The translations under genes were made by a program, and so were the position numbers. The notes under the pieces were generated by a model that saw only the letters and a program-made list of their open reading frames with translations, ran no database searches and was not told the DNA's origin. From contig CAXHJY010001127.1 of NCBI GenBank assembly GCA_964016885.1, positions 1-64,000 of the forward strand: a DNA stretch of 64,000 bases, read 5' to 3'. Source of the stretch: Eledone cirrhosa (lineage: Eukaryota). Positions within the stretch are counted from its first letter, which is position 1, and the number at the start of each line of letters is the position of its first letter. Shown in pieces: positions 42,745 through 56,714 of this stretch.

Positions 42745-43546
42745 GTGTATAATATGTATGTATATATATATGTGTGTGTGTAATATCTATGTATATATAT
42801 ATCTGAGTACGTGTAATATGTATATATATATATACATATATATTACACATACACACACACACACACACATATATACATACATATTATACACAACCTGTCT
42901 CATGACTGGCTTTGTGCAGTACCTTTGCTCACTATAAAAGCTTCACGGTACAGGCATTGCTTTATATCTGGAGATCTCTCTGCACTTGTCGTCACATGGT
43001 ACCATGGGCCCAGCACTATATGTCAATAATTGTCACAAGTGTAGTGTTTGTACCAGAGTTTTCAAGTCGCTGGCTGGACTAAAAAGTCACACTCGTTCAG
43101 CGCATCGGTAGGGGTTCTCCTACATGGATATAAAGTAGTGGCCGTACTCGAAAACGAGTTGGCAGCCACCATATATATACATACATACATATATCATCTT
43201 GGTTAAGAGAGTGGGACTGGCTTTGTGCAGTGCATTTGCTCACTATAAAAGCTTCACGGCACAGGCATTGCTTTATATCTGGAGATCTCTCTGCACTTGT
43301 CGTCACATGGTACCATGGGCCCAGCACTATGTGTCAATAATTGTCACAAGTGTAGTGTTTGTACCAGAGTTTTCAAGTCGCTGGCTGGACTAAAAAGTCA
43401 CACTCGTTCAGCGCATCGGTAGGGGTTCTCCTACATGGATATAAAGTAGTGGCCGTACTCGAAAACGAGTTGGCAGCCACCATATATGTATGTATTTATA
43501 TGTGTATAATATGTATGTATATATATATATGTGTGTATGTGTAATA

Positions 43547-43577
<31 letters not shown>

Positions 43578-43958
43578 GTGTATAATATGTATGTATATAT
43601 ATATATGTGTGTGTATGTGTAATATCTATGTATGTATATATATATATGTGTGTGTATGTGTAATATCTATGTATGTATATATATATCTGAGTACATGTGT
43701 AATATGTATGTATATATATATATATATTTATATGTGTATAATAGGTATGTATATATGAGTTTAATATGTATGTATATATATATATATATTTATATGTGTA
43801 TAATATGTATGTATATATGAGTTTAATGTGTATGTATGTATATATATATAAATATGTATGTGTATATATATATATGTGTGTGTATGTATATGTGTCTGTG
43901 TGTGCGTTTGTGTGTAATGTAGGTATTGAGCACTCTTCCTCAAATGCCTCAAAGAGAT

Positions 43959-44015
<57 letters not shown>

Positions 44016-44214
44016 CAGAAAGAGATTGACAGAAAGTTATGACGTCGCCCCCGCCTATATAGAGAGTGGGGGGAGAGCCAAGCGAAAGAGATGTACATAG
44101 ACAGAGAAAGAAAAAAGAACGTCATTCGTTTAGAGAAAGAGAGGGAGAGATAGAGACAGAAACAGACAGACGGAGGGAGAAAAGAGACATCATTGGTTTA
44201 AAGAGAGAGAGAGT

Positions 44215-44254
<40 letters not shown>

Positions 44255-44294
44255 CAAACAGATGGAGAAGACGGCACCGACCCCATCTAGTTAT

Positions 44295-45060
44295 AATAAC
44301 TGTTTCTACTTTATGGCACAAGGCCAGCTATTACCCCAGTACATTACTGGTACTTTATTTTTATCGACCCCGTAAGGATGAAAGGCAAAGTCAACCTCGG
44401 CGGGATTTGAACTCAGATTGTAAAGGGCCGTAACTCTATGCGTCAAAGCATGGCGTCCGACCCTCTACCGATACCGCCAATCCACCGCCATTATAATAGT
44501 TATAATAATTGTTTTTACTTTAGGCACAAGGCCAGCAATTACCCCAGTACATTACTGGTACTTTATTTTATCGACCCCGTAAGGATGAAAGGCAAAGTCA
44601 ACCTCGGCGGGATTTGAACTCAGATCGTAAAGGGTTGTAACTCTATGCTGGAAAGCATGGCGTCCGACCCTCTACCGATTACTGCCAAAATGACGACAAT
44701 GACGATGATGATGATGATTGATGACGATAAATATGTCAACGATGACAATAACCATCCTAAAGATGGTGATGATAATGATGATGATGATTACGACGACGCC
44801 GATGACGACGACGCCGATGACGACGACGCCGATGACGACGACGCCGATGACGACGACGATGCCGATGATATAATGACGATAATTGTTTCTGCTTTTGGCA
44901 CAAGGCCAGCAGTGTATTACTGGTACTTTATTTTAAAGACCCCGTAAGGATGAAAGGCAAAGTTAACCTCGGCGGGATTTGAACTCATACAGTAAAGGGC
45001 CGTAACTCTACACTGCATAGCTTGACGTCCGACTATCTACTGATACTGCCAATCCACCTT
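44295..45060 (-). mobile_element. Three tRNA-SINE copies (44295-44490, 44505-44690, 44880-45060) around a (GAT/GAC)n tract
   Basis: Same family as 1-1110; head ...ccaatccaccgcc at ~44480. Confidence 0.9.
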
Positions 45061-45739
45061 AATGATGATGATGATGATTAAGCATTACACGATGGAGATA
45101 AAGACGACGATTATGACGACGACGACGCCGATGACGATGACGCCGATGACGATGACGACGACGCCGATGACGACGACGCCGATGACGATGACGACGACGC
45201 CGATAACGATGACGACGACGCCGATGACGATGACGACGACGACGTCGATGACGACGACGCCGACGCCGATGAAGATGACGCCGATGACGATGACGACGAC
45301 GCCGATGACGATGACGACGACGCCGATGACGATGATGACAACGCCGATGACGACGACGACGCCGATGACGATGCCGACGACGACGACGCCGATGACGATG
45401 ACGACGACGACGACGATGATATGATGATGATGATGATGATGACTAAAGTTTTTACATAATGAGAAAGATGTGACGCTTAAGACAAGGATGACGACACCGA
45501 TCACGACGTGTTAACGACAATCAAAATAGATAGCGCCCCTGGGTTGTAATGGAACCCATCAACGCTGATCAAGGAATTCGTGAAGAGTCATGCACATGCC
45601 CCTAGTGCAGATATTTTAATGCTTACATCAGCAATTCTAATTCTCATCTCCCTTTCTTATCTCTCGTCTTTCTCTCTCTCTCTCTCGTCTTTCTCCTCTC
45701 TCTCGTCTTTCTCCTCTCTCTCGTCTATCTCTCTGTCTC

Positions 45740-46001
45740 TTTCACTCTGTGGTCTATATATCTTTCTCCGGTCTATATCACTCTTTGGTCTCTCTCTCTC
45801 TCCCCTCTCTCTCTCTCTCTCTGGTCTCTCTCTCTCTCTAGTCTATATTGCTCTCTCTCTGGTCTATATATATATATATCTCTCTCTGTGGTCTATATAT
45901 CTTTCTCTGGTCTATATCACTCTTTGGTCTCTCTCTCTCTCTCTGGTCTATATATCTCTCTGTGGTCTATATATCTTTCTCTGGTCTATATCACTCTTTG
46001 G

Positions 46002-46032
<31 letters not shown>

Positions 46033-46236
46033 TATATCTTTCTCTGGTCTATATCACTTTTTGGTCTCTCTCTCTCTCTGGTTTATATCTCTCTCTTTGG
46101 TCTCTCTCTCTCTCTTTCTCTGTCTCTCTCTCTCTCTCTCTCTCTGGTCTATATCTCTCTCGCTGGTCTATATATCTTTCTCTGGTCTATATCATTCTTT
46201 GGTCTCTCTCTCTCTGGTCTATATCTCTCTCTTTGG

Positions 46237-46291
<55 letters not shown>

Positions 46292-46400
46292 TATCTCTCT
46301 CGCTGGTCTATATATCTTTCTCTGGTCTATATCACTCTTTGGGCTCTCTCTCTCTCTCTCTGGTCTATCTCTCTCCCATCTCTCTCTCTCTCACGTCTCG
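45740..46400. repeat. (CT)n-derived minisatellite (ggtctatatatctttctctggtctatatcactcttt units)
   Basis: About 6 higher-order units separated by CT runs; source of the 318-aa Ser/Leu ORF. Confidence 0.9.
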
Positions 46401-46626
46401 TCTCACTCTCACTCTTTTTCTTCTATCTCTCTCTCTCTTGGCTCTTTCTTGGCTCTCTCTCTCGTCTTTCTCTCTCTCTCGTATTTTTCTCTTTCTCGTG
46501 TATCTCTCTCATCCCTCTCTCTCTCTTTATAAATAAGAGTATATAATAAAGGTTGAAACACAAACATATCAGAATTTGTACATTGAGCTATTCTCATTCT
46601 TGTAATTGGATCATATTTAATGTTAC

Positions 46627-46691
<65 letters not shown>

Positions 46692-46755
46692 TAATAAGCT
46701 CTGTAGCCTACATAGAGCACTCTTTTTTCCTGTATCTTTCCGGCGGAAATACTTC

Positions 46756-46829
<74 letters not shown>

Positions 46830-46899
46830 GTGAGTGTATAAATGTTTGCGTGCATGTATATAGACTTTAGGGTCTAGTTAATTTGCTGAAACAATTGTG

Positions 46900-46990
<91 letters not shown>

Positions 46991-47289
46991 TATGCACACA
47001 GACACACACATAGTCTGTCTGTGTGTTTGTAAGTGTGTGATATAGCCCGCGTGAGAATCATTTGAAAAGATAACATCTGTATCTTTATACAGTTTGATAT
47101 ATATATATATATATATAGGATGTATATATACATGAATGTGTGTATATATGTGTGTATATATGTGTATCATATTCACAGATTGATATATACAGACAAACGA
47201 CCTTGTTATGTCTCTCATTACTAAGAGGGAATTTACCATTTTCCATGTCTTTTGACCTACATAGAAACATCTGGCACAAATATACACCT

Positions 47290-47340
<51 letters not shown>

Positions 47341-47564
47341 TGTATATGTGTATGTATATATGTATGTAAATGTGTATATGTATGTATGTTGTATGTATAT
47401 ATATATGTAAATGTGTATATATATATAGGTATGTATGTACTGTATGTATGTATGTATGTATAAATATATGTATGTGTATGTTTATATATATGTATGTATA
47501 TATATATATATATGTATGTGTATGTATATGTATATATGTGTGTATATATAAAAATGTATGGATA

Positions 47565-47614
<50 letters not shown>

Positions 47615-47618
47615 GATA

Positions 47619-47662
<44 letters not shown>

Positions 47663-47680
47663 GATATATATGTATGGATA

Positions 47681-47728
<48 letters not shown>

Positions 47729-47921
47729 GATATATATGTATATATATACATGGATGTATATATATGAATATATATATATATATATATATATATGCATGTA
47801 TCCATATATATGTTAAATGTAACTGGTATATGCTATCACATACATCCCTATTAATATAATATATATATATATATGTGTGTGTATATGCATATTTATGTGT
47901 GTGTGTGTATTTGCATATATA

Positions 47922-47985
<64 letters not shown>

Positions 47986-48252
47986 GTCTTCGTGTGTATG
48001 TACGTGTGTGTGTTTGTATATATGTGCGTGTGTGTTTGTGTATGTCTTTCCCTTGGTTTACAACGAGGAAAGAATGTGTAGTAAAGTATATCCACCATTA
48101 CACCAACAGTCGGTGTGTTTTATGTCCATCACCCACCTGCCTGCTGGCAGTACTAGTAAAAGAAGAATGGTGTCAAACACTTCAAAGGGACAGGCATGAG
48201 TTCAACAAAGTTGCAGAAATGTAGTAGAAAAAGGAGAGTATATGTGTGTGTT

Positions 48253-48327
<75 letters not shown>

Positions 48328-48338
48328 TCACTATAGTG

Positions 48339-48389
<51 letters not shown>

Positions 48390-48740
48390 GCTCACTATAT
48401 AATATATATATACACACACACACATATATATATATATACACATATATATATGCTCACTATATAATACATATATATATATATATAAATATATACATGTATA
48501 CGTATGTTAACTATAGTATGATATACATACAAACACACACACATATATATATAATATATTAATATATATATATGTATACACACATATGACATTAGTACAC
48601 ACATATATATATATAATATATTCATATATATATATATACATATATATAATACTTAATTCATACATATATATAAACACACATATATATGTTTACTTCCATA
48701 TAATCTATAAACACACACTATATATACACACACATATATT

Positions 48741-48773
<33 letters not shown>

Positions 48774-48784
48774 ATATATACACG

Positions 48785-48852
<68 letters not shown>

Positions 48853-48888
48853 GAGAGAGACGTGTATATATTATATGTGTGTATATAT

Positions 48889-48920
<32 letters not shown>

Positions 48921-48926
48921 AATATA

Positions 48927-48958
<32 letters not shown>

Positions 48959-49603
48959 GGGAGAGAGATGAATTAGACAATAAATGTTGTTGCTTTTTAC
49001 ATCTCACCCCTGCTTTGTTCTCATTGAACAACACATCTATGATGAAAGGCATTCCGTTCGTGACCATCTCGATTTTTTTTTGTTTAGTTAGTTATATTAT
49101 ATCTAGGACTGGTTCTGTTTTATATCATGAAAATATGGTACCTCTCTTTCTCTCTTCTATAGACACAGAAAAATATAATAATCCCTTCTAGCAATAATTA
49201 TATTTGGCGCTTGATTGAGAACACAGAGGACGCGATAAAAAGAATGCTGTGGAGAGCCTACTTCTATGGAAATGTTACGCTTGATGTTTAGACGGACAAA
49301 AAATGTGTCTTTAGGATGAGTAAATTCTTCCGCCTCAACAATGCTATGCGTATTTTCAAAATGAGATCTATTTTGTACTGTTAACGAATTAGTCAAGATC
49401 TTGGAATTACCCTCTTACCCTTTGAAATCATTTGAATTTAGACCATGCTGGGGCAGCACCATGAAATATTGAATCAATTGTATAGACTCCAGTACTTCTG
49501 CGATATAATACACTTACAACTGGTTTTTAAGCGGTTTAGGTGTATTTTTGCAACTCTGATTTCACCTTGCTACTCTTGAACTAATATCTACGTATGCACC
49601 TAC

Positions 49604-49638
<35 letters not shown>

Positions 49639-49702
49639 GTGTGTGTGTATACGAGAGGGTGAGAGAAATTGCATAAATCCCTCTAAACTGCTGGTTATGC
49701 AA

Positions 49703-49757
<55 letters not shown>

Positions 49758-49761
<4 letters not shown>

Positions 49762-50185
49762 GGATGTGAGTTTTATTGTAGTACAATAAAGCAATGCAGA
49801 TATTGGATAAGTAGCACTCTACAGTTTGTAGGACTGGAGCATAAATAATATAAGATCAAAAGATGGTTAAAAGAGTTCCATGTATTTTATTATGCGCATT
49901 TCAAAAACAAATATCATCATGAGATGACATTTGCGTTTCGTCAGATAAAATAGGGAGACATGATATGAAGGTAAATTTTTTTTTCCCAATATCACGCATC
50001 AATCTTAAATTACTTTTCATATGTTGATTTAAAACTGCACTATTCACAAGTGTTTTTTAACCTTCATATCATGTCTCCCTATTTTATGTGACGAAAACGC
50101 AAATGTCATCTCATGATGATATTTGTTTTTGAAATGCGCTTAATAAAATACATGGAACTCTTTTAACCATCTTTTGATCTTATAT
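49758..50185 (-). mobile_element. Family C fold-back Penelope-like terminal repeat
   Basis: ~125-bp inverted arms (49845-49972 / 50060-50187), preceded by the family C tail and flanked by (TA)n. Confidence 0.75.
49883..49952 (-). ncRNA. Type I hammerhead ribozyme motif (family C)
   Basis: Reverse complement: tattttat-CTGACGA-aacgcaaatgtcatc[tcat]gatgatatttgttttt-GAAA-tgcgca-TA-ataaaata. The plus-strand mirror at ~50080-50150 has a mutated core (GTGACGA, tgcgct). Confidence 0.8.
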
Positions 50186-50229
<44 letters not shown>

Positions 50230-50233
<4 letters not shown>

Positions 50234-50636
50234 ATATTAACAAATGGAAACTATATTTATAAAACTATATTTATTTTATTATACATATTTCAAGGGCCAC
50301 CAAGGCAAATTATGGTGCACTTTCATCAGATAAAATACAATACAGATTAGTTTTATAAATAAATATTAACATACCCTGAAAAAAGACAACCTTAACGGTT
50401 GGAGCTTTTTATTTATAAAACTAATCTGTATTGTATTTTATCTGATGAAAGCGCACCATAATTTGCCTTGGTGGCCCTTGAAATATGTATAATAAAATAA
50501 ATATGGTTTTCTAAATATAGTTTCCATTTGTTAATATATTGTATATTTACTCCAATAAACTGTTGAGTGCTTTATATCAGTTATAAAAATATTTTTAAGC
50601 TTGTTGTATCCCAACAAATTAAATATAACCTCTGCA
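50230..50636 (+). mobile_element. Family B fold-back Penelope-like terminal repeat
   Basis: Arms 50230-50363 / 50408-50541, followed by the family B tail and (TA)n. Confidence 0.75.
50434..50499 (+). ncRNA. Type I hammerhead ribozyme motif (family B); mirror on minus strand at 50272-50337
   Basis: tattttat-CTGATGA-aagcgcacca...tggtggccctt-GAAA-tatgta-TA-ataaaata. Confidence 0.75.
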
Positions 50637-50642
50637 TATATA

Positions 50643-50688
<46 letters not shown>

Positions 50689-50839
50689 AAAGGTTTCTGC
50701 GCATAGTTACCTTTCTCCAAAAGAAGAGGGTTAAGTCTTAAAATCAGTTATTTCACAGACAACACTAAAAGACCTACGTCCACCATGGTACCAACGATGT
50801 TTCATATATTCTAGACATTTTGAATAATATAACCAAAAT

Positions 50840-51115
50840 AATAGTTTCTGATTTAGGCACAAGGCCAACAATTTTAGGGGATAGGACAGTTGATTAAATC
50901 GGCCCCAGTGTATTACTGGTACTTTATTTTATCGACCCCGTAAGTATGAAAGGTAAAGCTGACCACGGCGTGATTTGAAATCAGAATGGAAAGGGCCTGA
51001 GTTCAAATCCCGCCGAGTTTAGTTTTGCTTTGCTTTGCTTTCATCCTTACGGAGTCGATGAAATAAAGTACCAGTAATGCCCTGGGGTCGATTTAATCGA
51101 CTTTCCCCATAAAAT
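50840..51115. mobile_element. Divergent pair of SINE fragments (minus 50840-50997, plus 50997-51115)
   Basis: SINE core in both orientations, joined at the B-box region. Confidence 0.8.
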
Positions 51116-51199
51116 TCAAGATGATGTTGGTATCGCTAAGTTAGAGTTTTTGTTAACGATGTTAATAAAATTAATGTGGATTCTTCTGATGTTGGTGTC

Positions 51200-51320
51200 G
51201 GGGATGATTGATGATGATGATGATGGTTATGGTCATGTTGATGGTGATGGTGATGATGATGATGATGATGACGATGACGATGATGATGACGACGCTGATG
51301 ATGGTGATGATGATGGTGCT

Positions 51321-51377
<57 letters not shown>

Positions 51378-52360
51378 GGTGGTGGTGGTGGTGGTGGTGG
51401 TGGTGGTGGTGGTGGTGGTGGTGGTGGTGATGATGATGGTGCTGATGACGATAAATAACGCTTGTGGTATCGAAAATGAAGATGAGATGACGATGATAAT
51501 AAAGACGGGGATGGAGGAAGATGACGATGATGATGTCGATGATGATGACGGTAGTGGTGGTGGTGGTGGTGGAGGTGGTCTCGATGATGATGATGATGAT
51601 GGTGATTACGATGGTGAGGGTGATGATGATGGTGGTGGCGGTGATGGTTCGTGGTGGTGTTGGTCATGATGATGATGGTGTTGGTGGTGGCGCTGGTGGT
51701 GTCAATAACGATGGATATGATAATGATGGTGATGGTAGTGGTGGCGATAAGGGTGGTGGTGGCGGTGGTGATGGTAGTGTGGCGATAAGGATGGTGGTGG
51801 TGGTGGTGATGGTAGTGGTGGCGATAAGGATGGTGGTGGTGGTGGTGGTGATGGTAGTGGTGGCGATAAGGATGGTGGTGGTGGTGGTGATGGTAGTGGT
51901 GGCGATAAGGATGGTGGTGGTGGTGGTAATGGTAGTGGTGGCGATAAGGATGGTGGTGGTGGTGGTGATGGTAGTGGTGGCGATAAGGATGGTGGTGGTG
52001 GTGGCGATAAGGATGGTGGTGGTGGTGGTAGTGGTGGCGATATGGATGATGGTGGTGGTGGCGATAAGGATGGTGGTGGTGGTGGTAGTGGTGGCGATAT
52101 GGATGATGGTGGTGATGGTAGTGGTGGCGAAAAGGGTGATGGTAGTGGTGGTGATGGTAGTGCTGGCGATAAGGATGGTGGTGGTGGTGGTGATGGTAGT
52201 GGTGGCGATAAGGGTGGTGGTGGTGATGGTAGTGGTAGCGATAAGGGTGGGTGGTGGTGGTGATGGTAGTGGTGGCGATAAGGATGGTGGTGGCTGTGAT
52301 GATGGTGTCAATGATGATTTTGTCGATGGTATGGTGGTGGTGGTGGTGGTGGTATCTATG
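51200..52360. repeat. (GAT)n/(GGT)n tract with a ~33-bp minisatellite (atggtagtggtggcgataaggatggtggtggtg)
   Basis: About 15 units between 51730 and 52290. Confidence 0.9.
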
Positions 52361-53767
52361 GTGATGGTGAAAATGGCAGACGATCCTTCGGAAGATTATG
52401 GTCAGAATAACTTGCGGTGGTGCTGGACATAATAATGGTGGGGGTGTGGATCGGGTAAAAAGCAGAAGGAGAAGATGCATAAAAGGAGGAGGAGAAGGAG
52501 GGGGGTGAAAAGGAAAGAAGACACGAAAGAAAGAGGCAGAAAGCATGGAAGAAAGAAAGAGATAGAGAGCATAAAAGAGAGAAAGAAAGAAAAAGAAAAA
52601 CACAAAAAGCATGAAATAAAGACGTAGAAAGAAAGAGGAAGAAAGCATAAAAGATAAAGTAAAAGAAGCAGAAAGAAAGCGACAGAAAGAAAGAGGTAGA
52701 AGGAAAGAAAGAGAAAGAGGCAGAAGGAAAGAAAGAGGAACAAAGCATAAAAGAGAGAAAGAAAGAACATAAAAGAGAAAAAGAAAAATAGAGCTAAGTG
52801 TGGCGATGTGATAAGATGAAAGACTTTATGTCTTATTCAATTTCTCCAAAATGGCGGCAGGCAAAATGGACGACATATTGTTAAGATTGCAGCAGAGTTA
52901 ACAGTGTCTTTATCAAATCACTATCGTCATTGGATTGTAACATTACAGTGGTTTACGACTGGCGGCGATAAGTGGAACTATTGCAGTGGTGTGGGTGTTG
53001 GTGGTGGTGATGGTGGTGCTGGTGGTGGTGCTGGTGGTGGGAAGTTGAACTTCTGTGGTGGCGGAACTGGTGGTGGTGGTAGTGGTTGTGGTGGTGATGG
53101 TGGTCATGGTGCTGGTGGTTGTGGCGGCAGCGGTAAATTGAATTTGTGCAGTGGTGGTGTTAGTAGTGGTGGTGGTGGTGGTGGCGGTAAGTTGAACTTG
53201 TGCAGTGGTGTTGGTGTTGGTGATGGCGGTGGTAGAAAGTGGTGGTGGTGGGGTTGGTGGGGTTGGGAAGATGAAATCTACAGTAGTGGTGGTGCAGTTA
53301 CTGGGGTTGTGGTGATGCTACTGCTGGTGGTGTAGTGGGGCTTCTGCTGGTGGTGGTGGTGATAGCGGCGGGAAGTTGAACTTCTGTTGTAGAGGCTACT
53401 GTGGCAGTAGTAGAAGTAATTGCACTTGTATTGTAGTAAGCGGACGGATGGAGATAGATAGATAGAATTCGACCCTAACATTTGACTGGTATTTAATTTA
53501 TGAAGAGCAAGTTTGACCTTGATGGGATTTGATATCAGAGATCAAAAAGTAGACATACGCATATATATATATACATATATATATAAATAATATATATATA
53601 TATTTATGTATATATATTTATATACCCGCATGTAGCTATGAAAATAAATCTACGTGGAGAAACACTATCCTGTTTGAAGTAATTTATAAGGTTGTAGTCA
53701 CACTCTGATTATTAATATATATACTTCTGATATATATATATACAATATCTAATATGTAACATATACA

Positions 53768-53835
<68 letters not shown>

Positions 53836-53869
53836 TATTTCCTATGATATATCGCTGTTTGGTTGTCAA

Positions 53870-53912
<43 letters not shown>

Positions 53913-53972
53913 ATATATATATTCATATTATATACATTCCCCATATAATATCGCTGTTTGTTTGTCTATATG

Positions 53973-54033
<61 letters not shown>

Positions 54034-54258
54034 TTATATATATATTTATTTATATATATATTTATTTATATATATATTTATTTATATATATATATTTATT
54101 TATATATATATATTTATTTATATATATATCTATATATTTATATTCATATATATATATATATATATATATTTATTTATTTATTTATATATATATATTTATA
54201 TAAATATATATATTTTTAAGGGTATGTCAATATTTATTTATAAAACTGATCTATATTA

Positions 54259-54323
54259 TATTTTGTCTGATGAAGGCGCGCCTTGGTTTAACTTGGTGTC
54301 CTTGAAATATGTATAATGAAATA
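54259..54323 (+). ncRNA. Type I hammerhead ribozyme motif (family B), in a non-fold-back copy at 54215-54440
   Basis: tattttgt-CTGATGA-aggcgcgcc...ggtgtcctt-GAAA-tatgta-TA-atgaaata. Confidence 0.65.
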
Positions 54324-54455
54324 AATATGGTTTTATAAATATAGTTTCCATTTGTTAATATCGTATGTTTACTCCAAATAATTGTTGAGTTATAAAAATA
54401 TTTGCTTGTTGTATCCCAACGATTTAAATAGAACATTTGCATATATATATTTATA

Positions 54456-54516
<61 letters not shown>

Positions 54517-54547
54517 TCATATATTTATATATATATATATTTATATT

Positions 54548-54596
<49 letters not shown>

Positions 54597-54643
54597 ATAT
54601 TTATATATATATTTATATATATATATATATTTATATATTTATT

Positions 54644-54676
<33 letters not shown>

Positions 54677-54681
54677 ATATC

Positions 54682-54712
<31 letters not shown>

Positions 54713-54729
54713 ATATTTATTTATATATA

Positions 54730-54772
<43 letters not shown>

Positions 54773-54820
54773 TCATATACATTCCCCATATACATTCCCC
54801 ATATAATATCTATGTTTGTT

Positions 54821-54875
<55 letters not shown>

Positions 54876-55026
54876 GTGTATATGTATATATATATGTGTA
54901 TATGTATATATATATGTGTATATGTATATATATATGTGTATATATATATGTGTATATATATATGTGTATATATATATGTGTATGTGTATATATATATGTG
55001 TATGTGTATATATATATGTGTATATG

Positions 55027-55093
<67 letters not shown>

Positions 55094-55136
55094 GTATATA
55101 TATATGTATATATATATGTATATATATATGTATATA

Positions 55137-55168
<32 letters not shown>

Positions 55169-55201
55169 ATGTATATATATATGTATATATATATGTATAT
55201 A

Positions 55202-55281
<80 letters not shown>

Positions 55282-55399
55282 CATATGTATATATGTGTGT
55301 GTCATGTTTTTCGTCAGCTGGGAGGAAATTCAATAAAGTGTCAACTATAAGGGTCTCTCGCCTACTTCACCCCCACCACACCATCGCCTGTCGCCTTGC

Positions 55400-55446
<47 letters not shown>

Positions 55447-56714
55447 TAGATAGCTATATATATATATGTATATGGGCTAGGAAGCAATAATAATGATGAT
55501 GATGATGATAATTGTAGTAAAAATAATAATAATTATAATAAAAATGATATTAGAAATAAGCAAAAGATGGAGACAGAATTGTGTTAATATATTTGTTTGT
55601 GTGTGTGTGTATGTACGTATATGTATGTATGTACGTATATGTATTATGTTTGTGGAAGTATGTATATTTGTATATATATGTATATAAATATATATGTATG
55701 TTTGTGCAGGTATATATATTTGTCTATATATATGTATATAAATATATATGTATGTTTGTGGTAGGTATATATATATATATTTATATATATATATATATAA
55801 ATATATATATGTATGAATATTTATATGTATATATATATGTATGGATAGTTATATGTATATATTTTTGTGTATATATACACAAATATACATACGTGCCCTT
55901 ATACAAAGGGTTTTATTGTTTCTTATGATTGATCATTTGAAATACTGGCTGTGTTTTTAGGGGACAGAATTATATAACATGGCAAATATGTTATTAAATC
56001 AACGATGTCCTATATAGGGGACGACAACAATAACCACAATACTGATGAAACCCACCTCCACCACCACCACCTCCACCACCACCACCACCACCACCATCAC
56101 TTACACCACCACCACCACCACCACCATCATCGTATTTGGGAAGAACAACAACAATATTGAGGACCCCATCACCACCACCACCACCACCACCTCCACCACC
56201 ACCACCACCATCACTTCCACCACCACCACCACCACCATCATCGTATTAAAAGATAACAACCTCAATAACAATACCATGAGCAATATTAAAGAAGACAACA
56301 ACAACAATGACAACAACAGCAACAACACAAACAATATTCCCGGCACCACCACCACCACCATCACCATCAACAACATGAAATACCACGTGACCAATATTAA
56401 AGGCAACAACAACGACAATAGCAACATCGACCACAATACCACGTGACCAATATTAAAGACAACAACAACAATACTAAGGTCATCAACACCAGCAGCAGTA
56501 TTATCAACAACAACAACACCACCACCATCAATATACAAGGGACCAACCACAATAGCAACATCAACAACTACACCACATGACCAACGTTAAAGACAACAAC
56601 AACAATAGCAACAACACCAACAACAACATGAAAAATATTAAACCTCGACACCACCAACGGCAACAACAACAACAACAACACCATCAGCAGCGTTAACGAC
56701 GATAACAATAATAA

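Noticed and set aside
51233-52648. 471-aa His-rich and 303-aa Val/Met-rich ORFs
   Set aside because: They derive from (GGT/GAT)n and a 33-bp minisatellite, are open in multiple frames and strands, and have no complex domain.
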